Part shown: in pieces, positions 27,237-40,352 of the stretch | Position numbering within the stretch: position 1 is the stretch's first letter | Layout: every line of letters starts with the position of its first letter | Source of the DNA: Adineta vaga | Taxonomy: Eukaryota > Animalia > Rotifera | Assembly: GCA_021613535.1 (NCBI GenBank) | Contig: CP075496.1 | Location: 8,432,001 to 8,496,000, forward strand | Length of the DNA: 64,000 nucleotides | Direction of reading: 5' to 3' | Position numbers and translations under genes: made by a program | The notes under the pieces: generated by a model | Told to the model about the DNA's origin: nothing | Database searches by the model: none | What the model saw: the letters and a program-made list of their open reading frames with translations, nothing else

Positions 27237-28392
27237 TTATCCATTGGAGGCAAGAAGTCGATTGAAATCGTTGTAACAAATTTCAAGATCCATTTGAAAT
27301 TGACGCGCTTGATCGTCCGTAATTTCTTCAGCAGCATTCATGTTTGTTAATGTATTCAGCCTACAAGAGCGATTGATACAATCATAAACTAAACATAGAT
27401 AGAGATATTTACCATTTTGGAATCTTCTCTCGACCGATATAACTCGAAGGAATAATGTTCATTCTATTGATGACATCTAACAATTCACGAACATCTGTTT
27501 GAAGCTAAATATTACAAATATCAATTTATCTACTTTCCGGCAAACTATCAATCTTACCATGTCGTTAGCTCGAATATTTAATTTAAGTTTATCCATAACA
27601 TTGATAAAAAGCTAAACAAGATATTTGATGATATGAAAGACAAGAATTTTTCTTTTCCATTTCATACCGAGACAGTTTCTGCAATTGCTTTGCCCATATT
27701 ACCACGATCATCCCGAACGGTAATAGGACGACCTTCACGAATACGTAAAAGAGCAGCAGGACAATCGAGCTAGAATATAAATATAAATATGTGATTAACT
27801 ATAGATATGATTTTTACTTTATATTTATGAGCAAAATCTTCAATTTGTGGAAATTCACCTTGAATTTGACGAAATGCCGCTGTAAATTTTGCTAATAATT
27901 TCTCACAATTTTTCGTATATCTAAATAACATGATTGTCAACTGTTTTTTCTGAAAAAAACGAAACGTACTCGGCCGGTTCAACAACATCCTTAATGTAAG
28001 CTTTTTCTAATGCTTGTAATGTTGTGATGATTGAAAATACATCAGCCATATTGTCATATCTAGATAGACGACGAGATCAAATCATAGAGATTAAGTAAGT
28101 TTTATTATTAGAAAATACCTTTCACGTTCACGCGGATTTTTCCAAAGTCGAACTTCCTATTTAAGAAAACAAATTATATAATAAACTCAAATAATCTAAG
28201 AATCAATTACCTCATACATATCAGCTCTGGTATGATCTAGAAAATGAAAAGAATCTGTCTATTATATTTGAAACAAAACAAAAAGATTCTTCTCATTGAT
28301 CTTGTTATGACAGTATAGTATCGGTCGATTTTGATTAGAAATTTGAAAAGAAAATTTTGTAACTTACTTTGCGAAGATTGTCCAAAGCTCAT
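27237..28392 (-). CDS. VPS28: ESCRT-I subunit VPS28, multi-exon
   Basis: Spliced translation includes [60 protein letters not shown] and FINVMDKLKLNIRAND. Confidence 0.95.
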
Positions 28393-28563
28393 TTTTGTTG
28401 ATTAGAAATTTACTGAATAATAGAAAATCTACAATAAGAATGATTATCATTTATAATGAATGAGTAAAAAAAGAAAGAAAAAAAAACGCATTTCGTATTA
28501 TATTTGATATATGACAGATATACAGATGAAGAAAAAAAAATCTGACTAGAAATAAGATGATCA

Positions 28564-28953
28564 TTAGTTGAGTGTTTCACCTTTGCTGACCTATATAACA
28601 AAATATCAATAGAAGAATCAAATATAGGGATATTCTGTTTTGACATACTCTCGCTTCAAGATAATCAACATGTCGTTCCAATGCTGTTAATTTTTCATTT
28701 AATATTGACAGGCGATATCGACATGAAGATTCTAATATAAGTATAAAAAATACTAAAAAATAATCAATTTAAAAAATTAATTACCAAATTGATTGAGAAA
28801 ATCAACAAGGCGTTTAATTGCAGTGGTCAGTAATTGAATGTCATCACGGCGTTGCCAATCATCTTGAATATTTCGTCGAACTTCACTTGTTTCACCATTA
28901 CTACCATTTTCACTTGGTGGAGATCGAATACTACCCATACCATAATGAGACAT
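28564..28953 (-). CDS. BRK1: BRICK1/HSPC300, WAVE complex subunit
   Basis: Three exons give [65 protein letters not shown]. Confidence 0.92.
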
Positions 28954-29159
28954 GATTTTAACTATCTTTGTGAATTGATTCTATCAATATTAGTGATTCA
29001 AACAAACACATAAATATATATGTATGTGATGTGATTAAGCTTTTTCCAGAAAACAAATAACAATAGACGACTGTTTTGATAGGTAATAGAGGTCACTATA
29101 GTTTTCTTCCATAGGAGAGAAACGAGCAACCAATCAAAACTTTTCATTGACATTTTCAC

Positions 29160-30022
29160 ATGAGTCATCAATCATCGTGCATGAGAAACAAATCCTAGTT
29201 GTTCTCTAGTCTAATTATTTTTTTCAAGGATAATATTTCAATTACCTATAGCATCATCCTGGATCGACTCATATTACTCTCAATAATTTTATTTGGTGCA
29301 GCTGGTTTGCTTGTTCTCATCAGCATATCAAGACCACGATGGATATTGTCAGTTAATCAAGGTATACATATAATAAGTATTATTATGATACTTCAAATTG
29401 TTTTCGAGTGAAGTTTAATTGAAATATAGATTCTTATGTTCAATCAATTTCTATAAGGACTTGTTGATAGAGCTTATTCTATTTTATGCTAGTACTAATG
29501 TTGCTGTAAATCGTTTTTCATTTTCATTGAATTTAGATGAAACATCTCTTGGTCTCATTGAAATGTGTATAACATCATCATCGAATGTGAATGAACATAA
29601 GTGTTTTATTCCACATCATGTTCGTTCAGTATGGATCGTTTCATTTGGTTTAGCAATTGGTGCACTTGGTCTCCTTGCATTAACAATTCTACTTCTTCTT
29701 GCCTCTCAATATACAGAAGCAACTACTGTTGAATATGGTCGATTAACTGGATTTGTTGCTAGTATGTGTTTCATTCGATTTGAATATAAATGATTGATCA
29801 TATTCTTGTTTTCTTTTCATTTTTATAGTGATATTTTTATGTCTTTCGACAGTTCTTTTTCCAATGGGTTTTGATTCAGAAATTATCGGTGGTTCACCAT
29901 TTCAATTACCAGCAGATTTTCGAATAGGATCAAGTTATATTGCATTCGTTGGTGGAACATGGTTAACTGTACTATCAGCATTAGTCACTGGAAAAATGTG
30001 TTTACCACGTTTTGTTACTTAG
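29160..30022 (+). CDS. MOSMO: Modulator of Smoothened (claudin-like tetraspan, C16orf52/Atthog)
   Basis: Segments LDRLILLS..ISRPRW, SLGLIEMC and LFPMGF..IGGSPFQLPADFRIGSSYIAFV..GKMCLP parallel MOSMO along its whole length. The start codon is tentative. Confidence 0.85.
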
Positions 30023-31454
30023 CCGATAGTTTCTTTTCTTTTTATGTACATATAATCATTCCTCTCATCTGTTTTAAGTTTATTATATACTTTTATTGTT
30101 TTCATAGATGAAATATATTTGCGATATAAATTTAAAGAGGTTTACTACTCTATTGTATTCATACAAAAGTCACATATGATAGATCTGTTGATGAAATAAA
30201 TACATACGTGTGAAAGAATGGAAATTAAAATATAAAAGATTAGTCATAACATTCCTTTTTTTTGTCGAATAATACTATTCGCGTGATAGAGAAATCAATT
30301 TCTTTCGTTCTGTTCTCTAGTTCATATGTACATATTAATGTTACCCAAAAGTAACTTGCTCATGTACTGCCGTTTTAAACGAAATTGTACACAAGTAAGA
30401 TGGAAGCATTGAATGCACCAGGTTTGAATATGCATCCATCTGATATCGTTCAATACCTAGCTAGAAATACAGAATGTTGGATTCAATGTGTAACCTACAA
30501 TATCTATTGTTTGACAAAATCAACTGATAAATACATATTTTGTTCATAAACTTTTATGACAACTTCTACAACATGTCTTAGTGTAGCAAAAATGTCGTGA
30601 TTATTTTTACATAACACTTCCATAAGATTTAAAATTGAAAAATAGTTCTTTATCAGTTTTTCTTTTATAATAGATAAGTGTACAGAATAATAAGAAGTAG
30701 TCTTAAAAAGTAGGGATTTTTATAGCTGAAGACGGTATATCATTAATTCTAATAATAACTTTTTGAGTATTTTCAAGTTGTCCGTTACGCTAACATAATG
30801 ATATTTTAGCACTGTCTTCTTAGATAGATGAGATTGATGCAAAAAATATATGGAACGTCTTCATCGAAACATTAATTGATATTGTCAAAGTTACGTGATG
30901 TCGTCTAAGAGCTAGCAGTGACATACGAAAACAGGATGAAAATATGAATTTAGCAAATTAATAGTTTTAAAGAATTCTACGATTTTCCGCAGTCACTATT
31001 CAATAATTGAACATGGGTGTCTTTGTAACATTATGTGTCTCCTCGATCGATGATCATCCTTATATTCACGGTTTAATCAAAGGATAAATCACAACTATAA
31101 ACGTATATTTGTACGACTCAAAATTAACTTTCAACATTTAACATGTAAGACAAGCCAAAATCATATGATGTTTCCATATAAAAACTATTCTGCTTAATTG
31201 TTGATTTTTTTTCCAATCAGTTGTATACAAAAAAAGTGATTCTAAATAAACTTCGTTTTTCCATTCGATTTATTCGTTTAGAAATACATGATATCCGTTC
31301 TGAATTCAGTGAATTTGTTAAGTGATACTCAAAACATACACTAAACGAAATGAAATATATATAAAGAATTCTCAATATGAAATCAGAATAAATTGTGTGA
31401 AAATTCATCATGAATCTGTTGTTCTTTTCATATGTTAAACCAAAATAATGAGTA

Positions 31455-33859
31455 TTATTGAGCAGAGATTGGTTCTGTTCTAGTTTGCTTTTGTTGAGCA
31501 ATTGCATAAGCTCTAGCAGCACATAATGTTAAACCATGTGGTTGATAATCCATACGGTAGTTTGTATTAAGATCTTGTTTTCCTACTTGATTTAACATTC
31601 TAACTTCAGGTATATATGGATGTGCACGTTGACCTAATTTTTAGAACATTGAATGTATCTATTTTTCTTGAAAGAATTGAATTACCTCGTTGTCCCCTAT
31701 AGGTATCACCTGAAGTAGTTGAACCTTCGAATTTACCTAATGGTGGTATATAGATATTAGGAACTGGTTCACCATATTGTCGATTTGTTTTTACAAATTC
31801 ATGTGGTTGATAAAAATGTCGAGATGTTGTCATACTTTCCATAGGTATATGTTCATCATTCAAAGGGAGTGCATCTTTCATCGGTAATGCCCGAATACGC
31901 GGTAGAGCACTGATATCTAAGGGTTGAAAATCTCTCTAGACAAAACAAAACGATTAAATCGACTTTTTAATCATATATGAATACTCTACTTGTGTAACAG
32001 TCATTGCATCCATCTTTTGAAGTGTTGGTACATAAAATCTTTGACGATCTTTAGGTGCTATCGCTGGTGGACGATGATGTCGACTAGTATCAATACCTTC
32101 GTAATCCGACTGATATTGACTTTTACTATATAGATTAAAAATAAATTTAATATGATGATTTTTCTTCATCAGTATGAAATGTAAAACTAACGTGACTGTT
32201 GATGTTGATGAATTGCCTATTTTAATTTGGGATGAAAATGGTTCGAGATCGGCAGGTAATGGTGGTCGATGGTTAGGATATGGACGAAAGTCAGCGCTTG
32301 TTTGTGATATTGCATCCATAGGACGAAGAAGAGAAGCATTTTCTTCTGATAATTGACCTTTTCGATCAAATGGAGCACTCCGTGGAGTTAATTCATGTGG
32401 AATATAAGTATCGCGATAACTTGTATTTAAGTTCATCGAGCCTATATGAATATATCAATGTGATTGAGTTAAAAAGAGAAAGAAAAGCCCTTATTAGTAC
32501 GCACCTGTTGGTCTGAGATTACCACGATTTTCCAATCGAAGAGCCGGTTTCACTTGAGAGGCATTTGGAAATGGCACAAATGTACTACCAGATGATGTAC
32601 TAAAATCACGACTTGTATCAGGAAAAATTACATGACCTAGAGCAAGAAAAAAAATCCACATCTGTCGTCACTTTTTAATCGATTCTTAAACGATTTAAAT
32701 AAATCATCTAATTTTCTCTTCAATGTCTCGATTATGAAGCCTACAAATGACTGACGGTATACATAATTTCGACTAACAGTTTCAAAGGTTTCACTTATAT
32801 CTTTCGTTGTCTACAATTAATGAACATTCAAACACATTAACTATTACATCGCAATAATTTCTCTGTCTCTCTCTTTCTATTATTTATGCAAAGGAAAAGA
32901 ACCATGTCACACTTATTTGTTTTTGTCAAAGAACAAAAAATTTACTGTCAATGTTTTTTCTTCTTACTATTCTATATGTATTATAAAAGAAAACATTTGA
33001 AAACAGACATGCAGAATAAGTAAATAATTTGTCTTTTTTTCGAACTCTCAAGTGATTTCTGAATAACAAAAAAATAGACTATTCTGTTTTCTCACCTGCT
33101 ATAGAAGGAGTTTCTGCATATGATTCTGATGGTGTAGATTGCCATGGTTTAAAATGTGTTCCACTTGTTGTTTGAGATGATATCTTTGGTGCTGGTTCGT
33201 TTGAATTAGCACTACAAACAAAATATAAGAAGATCATATTAAATGCTTTGATAGAAGACGAAAAGCAATTTACTAAGGTGCCATATTAGTAGTATTCGCT
33301 GGACGAAGTACGGGTGGTTTAACTGGTTTTTCTACATATTCAGCTTGATAATGACTTTTCGTTTCCATTGGAATTGCTCGTAGAAATGCAAAGTTAGATT
33401 TCTATACAAAAAAAGAAAGAAGATTTAGTTGTAGTATATACGGAAATTGAATACATAAAATCATACTTGTTTGAAAGAATTAGTCGACGCTCTTTTAAGA
33501 CTATTTTTCGGTGGTGGTTGATAATGATCACGTTGTGAAGTAAGACCAGACATTGGTACATTTTTGAATGCAATGGGTATCTCATTTTCAGGTGGAGGAG
33601 AACATGCTTTTCGACGATGATCTGCTGGCTTACCAGATTTGTTTGTTGGTACTTGATATGTTGCTTTATAATGTGAAATTGGACATGGAAATTCTAAAGG
33701 TAGTTTATCTTTTTTCAAGAATTTTCGTTGACAATCCGGATGATGTTCATAACCAGCTCGATCAAAACAACCATCATCACATAATTCACATGGACATTTA
33801 TTGAATTTTGGTACATCAGAAAGTTGCAATTTAGCAACGTTCACATTCTCCAATTTCAT
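31455..33859 (-). CDS. Stabilizer of axonemal microtubules (SAXO/FAM154)-like, multi-exon
   Basis: N-terminal CPCELCDDGC motif and repeated Mn-type motifs (SHYKATY, TSQRDHYQPP, SHYQAEY, TSYRDTYIPH, SQTSADFRPY, SQYQSDY, TTSGDTYRG, YRMDYQPH). Confidence 0.8.
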
Positions 33860-34816
33860 TTTCTCGTCACCCGGCAATCAACAGAACTAGTCAATGAATG
33901 ATGTCGGCAACCAATTTTCAGTATATTTATTTTGTAACAACAAACATTAACAAGAGAAGAACAGAGTGAGATGAAAGAATGAAGAAAGAAAAATCTATAA
34001 CTATTAAACTTCGAAATTGTACATTTTGACGACGATAACATATGATAACGTTCAACAATTTGCTTTGAAGTTTATTACTATCAATATCTATCACATTATT
34101 TCACATAAATTAGCTTTGAACAATAACTATGAGAAATATTTCATTTAGAAAATACATATATCTATGTAATGCAAATGATTAATCACATTAATTATTTAAT
34201 ATGCATGAAAATTCAAACGATAAATTATTGAATTTAATGACATACTCTTAACTAAATGTAACTAACTCTTATTTAATTAAATTTTTGTTCCAATACTCAC
34301 GTGCTGATTGGACAATGATACCCTAAGGAATTATGTTCTCAAATTTAAAATAACAATAGATGATTAAAAGTGTTGAATACTAGCGGCGTCAACTGCTTTC
34401 ATGCATTTGTATAATTCAATCCAAATCACTACTAGTTACATGAGTTACTAAGTGACACCTTTTTTTATTTATTAAAACGTTTTCTCATCGATTAACATGA
34501 ACTTGTTTATATCCATGAGCTTTAACAAAAACTTGTCAATAAAATAAAGTTTTTGTTTTTCTTGCATATTAGATAGATATATATGTGAAATATTTTATTA
34601 CGAAGAATTTTCTAACAAGTAAAGACGTAAGTTGTTCCGTCATTTGTCGTTCATGGCTCAGCCGATTGGTTATATTTCTAGGAACAACAGAGAATGAAAT
34701 GTAGACGAAGAAAAGAAGAAAAAAGAAGACATCTTCTAACTACTAGATGTTTAGAGAACGAGGAAAAAACATCGTCCATTTAGTTTTCTTTTCTCGTTTA
34801 TTCTTATAAGCACACA

Positions 34817-35371
34817 ATGCCATCGTCAGGAGCAAACTCACTGTTAGCACTATTTTATCTGGTGATTTTTCTCTTTGCTGCATCTGATTTAAAACGATTT
34901 ATTTTTCATGTACATATTTCACGTGTTGATCGTGCACCGGTAGAAATCTATATTGATACATCATCATCATCATTATCATTATGGTATCCAATATCTATTG
35001 GGATTATTTTTAATGTAATTATTTTAATTTTTTCAATGATTAATTTAATCATCGTTGTATGTCGACGAAATTTATTCGGTCAACTTTGTTTTTCAACATC
35101 GTTACTATTATTTTTATTTACGATTCGATTTATTATTAATGTCGTGATTACTAAATATCGAAATGGTCTTTCTACGCCAACGTTGGTTGAACGATCATTT
35201 TTTGCATCGTCACTATCCTTAGAAGAAGAACTTACAACATTGACTTTGGATTGGTTAATTAAATGTATTGGTTTCATTGGTACCTATATCATGCTGTACA
35301 AACAAAAACAAATATATGCAGTGAATAATGAAAGACGAGAAGAAGTGAAATTAATGGCTAATTTTGATTAA
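34817..35371 (+). CDS. Hypothetical multi-pass membrane protein
   Basis: Intronless 184-aa ATG-initiated ORF with about four hydrophobic segments. Family not recognised. Confidence 0.55.
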   Translation: MPSSGANSLLALFYLVIFLFAASDLKRFIFHVHISRVDRAPVEIYIDTSSSSLSLWYPISIGIIFNVIILIFSMINLIIVVCRRNLFGQLCFSTSLLLFLFTIRFIINVVITKYRNGLSTPTLVERSFFASSLSLEEELTTLTLDWLIKCIGFIGTYIMLYKQKQIYAVNNERREEVKLMANFD

Positions 35372-35489
35372 CATATGTCCTTGAAAAATGACGACATTTT
35401 TCTATGTTTTTCGTTATCAGTGTTGTTATCATTTGAGTCATCTCACTATATATTAGCGCATCTAATGTTTAGTATGCATTAGTTCGAAA

Positions 35490-37713
35490 ATGTTGACCTT
35501 TACCTTTGTTGTATTTTGCGTTTTAATTTCAAATATATGTTCTCAAAATCTTCCATTCCGATTTGATCATGCAATTTATCGATTGAGTCAATATCAGAAG
35601 TTATCTCCTGAAAATTTCATTCAGAATGTACAATACAATCCTACTGCAGAACAAATGTTACAATATATGAATATAAATAATAAAACTAGTGAATGTGAAC
35701 AAAACTTCGATACTATAATTCAAGCAGCCACAGAAGGTGAAATCTGGGCTATTAAAGTTCTTGATGCTTGGGGAAAACCTTTGCCATCAGGTGTATTACA
35801 AGGAAATACATTTTGGGTCGGTAGTTATGATGAATGTATACATCCAATGTATTGGCCTGCTAATAAAACATTTCTATCACAACCATTCAAGACTCAACAT
35901 TGTGAGCATGAAGGATTTATATTGTATAATAATTAAAATATGTTTCTAGGCACTATCATACCAAAAAACAAGACAAACTGATCCAAATGCGATGCCTGCC
36001 ATTGTTCTTGGAATTTGTGTTCCATCATCATGTGATCATCAAACTATTGTTTCTCTGCTTCATAAATATTTGAAGAAGACAAATGTCACAGCAGATGAAC
36101 TTTTATGTTCAAATGATCCTGCCAACGGACAACATGGACTAACTAATGGAGCAATCGCTACAATTGTTATTCTTTCACTATTAGGTCTACTAGTACTTAG
36201 TGGAACGATAGTTGATCTACCTTTTAGTATCCACAACAGATGCAATTGTTGATGCCACTACACATATCAATGGTTATAATCCTTCAAAAGAATTTGCTTC
36301 TCAAAAATCATTTCAATTTTGCCTAATTAAAAGTACGCATCCAATAGCTTTTCTCAGTGATTTCTCTGCCATACGATGTCTCCGTCGAATATTTACATTG
36401 AAACAAAAAAATACGGAAGAATCGTTTTTATTTATTAATGGTATTCGAGTTTTAGCATTATTTTGGGTTATTATTGGTCATTCGTTGGCTTTCGGTTTGG
36501 GCTATTCTAGTAACGTGCTGGACGTACTTGCTTGGACTCAAGATATTTCATTTCAATTGCTTATCAATGCTGTTCTCAGTGTTGATACATTTTTTGTCAT
36601 GAGTGGTTTTCTAACTGCTTTTCTATTCGTTCGACAAGTACAAAAAGAAGGTAAACTATCTGTACGTACGATGATACTCTACTATATTCATCGATATATT
36701 CGACTTACACCAACTTTTCTTTTAATGATTCTTGTAAGTATCAATTTAACACCATATTTTGGTCAAGGACCTATTTATCCTACACAACAAGGATTTGAAT
36801 CACAAGATTGTCGTACACGAGATTGGTGGACATCGATTCTTTATGTAGGCAATATTGTCAGAAAAGATGGTATGTGTTTAGGTATTGCATGGTATCTCCA
36901 TAATGATATGCAATTTCATTGGATTGCACCTTTATCTTTGATACCTTTTGCTCTTGGTCGAAAATTTGTATCGATTTTTATTGCAACAGTTTTTGTTTTC
37001 ATTGGTATTATTTCTATTCTAACTATACTAATTTATTATCCAGACATGCCACTCAATTCTTTGATTGCATTCAATCCTGTTGTAAGTTTTTCGTCATTCT
37101 TCATAGAAATTATATTTGAAATTTCCTCACTTTCTTTTATATGTAGCCTGGTCCTAACTTCTTTGACTATATTTATATAACACCATGGTGCCGTATATCG
37201 GCTTATGCTGTAGGTCTTTTAGCAGGATATTTCGTTGTTGATACCGATCGACATTACCGAATCAATAAATATGTCAAACTTTTTGGTACGATATTGATGA
37301 TTGTAGTCGGTTTAACTTGTCTATTTGCTACGTATCCGGATTATATTCTTCCATCTGGTCTAAATCGAACAATACTCGTTATATATCAGTCCTTTTCACG
37401 TACACTTTGGTCTATGGCTATAGGATGGCTTTTAATTTTGTGTAGTATAAATCAAGGTGGTATAGTCAATCGAATCCTTTCATGGCCGATCTGGGCTCCA
37501 ATGGCGCGTTTAAATTATTCATGTTATCTTGTACATGCAACGATAATCTTTATTAGTTTATATAATCAAAAATTACCTCAATATTACCAAGGACATTTAG
37601 TATTAAATAATTTTGTTTCACATATATTTTTCAGTTATGTAGCTGCTATTCTAGTAACAATCTTTTTTGAAACACCATTCTTTATTATTGAAAAGAAATT
37701 ATTGAAACGATAG
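35490..37713 (+). CDS. NRF-6-like O-acyltransferase (NRF domain plus Acyl_transf_3), copy 1
   Basis: Signal peptide, WAIKVLDAWGKPLPSGVLQGNTFWVGSYDEC, LGICVPSSC, NGIRVLALFWVIIGH, SVDTFFVMSG, HRYIRLTP, WYLHNDMQF and ARLNYSCYLVH. There is an apparent +1 frameshift near 36220. Confidence 0.9.
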
Positions 37714-38477
37714 GTTTCATCATTGTAATAAAGATAACCACATGCACATCTGACATGACATAGCGAATGTTTAACTAAAGATAAAACAAATGATATCATT
37801 ATCTATCCATACATTGATGATACTACGTCACCTCGACTTTATCATTATATTTCTTCAACAGTTACATTTAACGTACAATATATATGTCTCTTTTTGACTG
37901 ATTGGAAATGCGATTTTTAGCACTAGAAAATTCATTACTTGACAATCGAACAAAGAAGAAAAAGTGAATTTTTCTCTGATACTCTTCTATTTATATTTGC
38001 CGATACCTTCGATTTACAAAAATTTGTCATTGTGCAGTATTTGGAAATCTTCTACTATGTTTTTCAATTTGATATTCAATTGTCAGTTTAAAAGAACACA
38101 TTATCAAACTATTCCAGCATATACACGCTAGTTTTTCTATGAATTATAAATTCATTTTGACCATTTGTATCATAACAGCGATTTCATTCATTTTCATCGA
38201 TATTTTAGTCAAATAATCGAATAATAGTCTTATCTCAACTAACAACGATATATTCTTTGTTGTTTATTAGTCAAATTTATAGTTGAAATATACGATCTGG
38301 AATTATTTTGATGTTTTCAATTCATTTATCGATCACGTTCTATGTCGAAACTAGAGACTAAAGAATCTCTGCAGTTCATCATCACCCATTCCTAAAAAAA
38401 TGAATATCTCAATATTGATATCTTATTGTTCAGTATTTGAACATATGACAAAAGTTTGCATTTACGTATCACGATGA

Positions 38478-38564
38478 TCATTCACATGAGACCCGTTAAG
38501 TGACGAGCTTCTGAGTTTATATCTCTTACAAAAGTTCGTTACTAAGCGGGTCACTGATGAATGA
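38478..38564. ncRNA. Candidate pre-microRNA hairpin (miR-10/100/993 family-like)
   Basis: Arm 38490-38513 (gacccgttaagtgacgagcttctg) pairs with arm 38529-38552 (caaaagttcgttactaagcgggtc) at 22 of 24 positions on the + strand, including 3 G-U pairs. The loop is 15 nt and there is a basal stem tcattca/tgaatga. Confidence 0.6.
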
Positions 38565-39799
38565 ATATTTGAGAACACTTACAGTTATGAATCGTTTTCC
38601 TATTAATATCATCATTTACTCACTTGAATAAAACTACTTCTTCTTCGTCATCATCATCATCTTCTTCTTCTTTTTTTTTCTTTTGTCATTTTCTCATTCG
38701 ATCGATTGGTAATGAATCGTGCTTATGCATTGTCAATGTATGTTAGCAAGACTTATACTCGGCACACGTTCACATCAAATATTCACTTTGAATAATGGGC
38801 ATAAAAGAAAAGAGAAAGAGAGAGAGAGAGAGAGAAAGATCGTTTTTGAAGACGGAGAGAGTGAGATCCGATCTGTCTCGGGAATGGCCGACAGCTGATC
38901 ACTCTTATAGAGATGTATGTATGTGTCAAATAAAAATTAACTTTTATGTTAGTCCCTCTTTCTCTCTTTTTTCTTCCATCTTGAATCACTCAATCAAGCA
39001 ATCGAATGATAAGGTGTGGTGACGGCAACGACAATCACCATACATATAAATCGTTTCTATCAGACATGTGAATGCATCGACAATTAGAGGCAGTGAATGA
39101 ATGAGTGAATGAATGAATAAGTAAGAAAAAAAGAAGAAAGATCGAACGAACGAATGATGTGCAATCGACTATGGAAGAATGAACATTTACTGATGGAAAA
39201 GAGAAAGAAGAATATGTGTAGGCGCAGCTGGTACCTCATACTACAGTCAATCTTTTATGTCCCTAAATAGAATATGCATTGTCATTTGATTCTTTAAAAG
39301 AATCAAAGTACATATAGATGATAGTCTGTAAATGATGTTAAACTTTTTCATAAACTTATATGTTTCTTTCGAGTTAGGAAAACACTACGGGCTGTCTGAT
39401 ACCACTGTAAATCATGAAACTTGAATTATAAATTTTCTGTGAAATAGAAATACATTTCCTTTTAGTTATAATTCGTATATGACGTTTTCCTATAAGAGTG
39501 AATATAAATTTATTTCGATTAGTATGAATTGTTTCTGTTGAGATGGTAAAGCATTTTAAACTATCATTCAAACATATTTTCTCATATTTTTACTTTTCAA
39601 AATAACAAAATTTTAGAGAATACAAGATCTATTTCAAAAATAGTCTCTGCATGAATATAGACTATCAGGAGTGAAATTATGTATTCGATTGGTGGTATCT
39701 CGGAATAGAATTGTACATGGTCTAATTTTACAAATCATTTTGATTGATCCATCTAAAATCAAACGAGTAAACTAAACGTATAAATGTGAAAACAAAATA

Positions 39800-40352
39800 A
39801 CTCACGACAGTCTCGACAGATACGAAGCTTTTTTGCGATTTGAATCATTGTTGGTTGTGCTGGGTTGAATGAAATGAAAAGCGATAGCTAGTTTTTTACT
39901 ATGCCCACAAAATATTGACTCAACATCTCCATCAATCATCAAAATACGTGTGTTCGAACTTGAATCAAATTGATAACCATTTTGAATAAGTTCCTCTCGT
40001 ATTCGATCGAGCTCAGTATAAATTATCAATGCTTCAAAATGAGATCGATCCTGAACACCAAATTTTTAAATAGATATTTTTTCTTTTCGTCAAAATAAAT
40101 AAAAAAATCTTTTAAATTACATAAATTTTTCCATTTAATTCTGTCCACTAGATGGCTTGTTCTTTTATACTACCCTCATTTTTCAACTTTATATATATAT
40201 ATATATATGGCCTCTTCTAAGTGACCGGATGATTGATAAGTATTAGCAGGAAGAATTGCAGCTGGAAGCAGTTCTTGTTTACAATTCGTAAAATATCTTT
40301 AGATGAGAAGAATTTCGTTGGTTTCGGGCACCAGATAAGAGTGACACTACGG
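39800..40352 (-). pseudogene. Decayed PPR-type E/E+/DYW deaminase gene fragment
   Basis: The minus strand reads VSLLSGARNQRN, AILPANTYQSSGHLEEA, AI*WTELNGKIY, KFGVQDRSHFEALIIYTELDRIREELIQNGY, CGHSKKLAIAFHFI and, in a shifted frame, IQIAKKLRICRDC. It carries a stop, frameshifts and an HSE>HSK change. Confidence 0.8.

Noticed and set aside
38783-39022. Overlapping short ORFs on both strands
   Set aside because: They arise from GA/CT microsatellite, regulatory-looking DNA with no coding signal.
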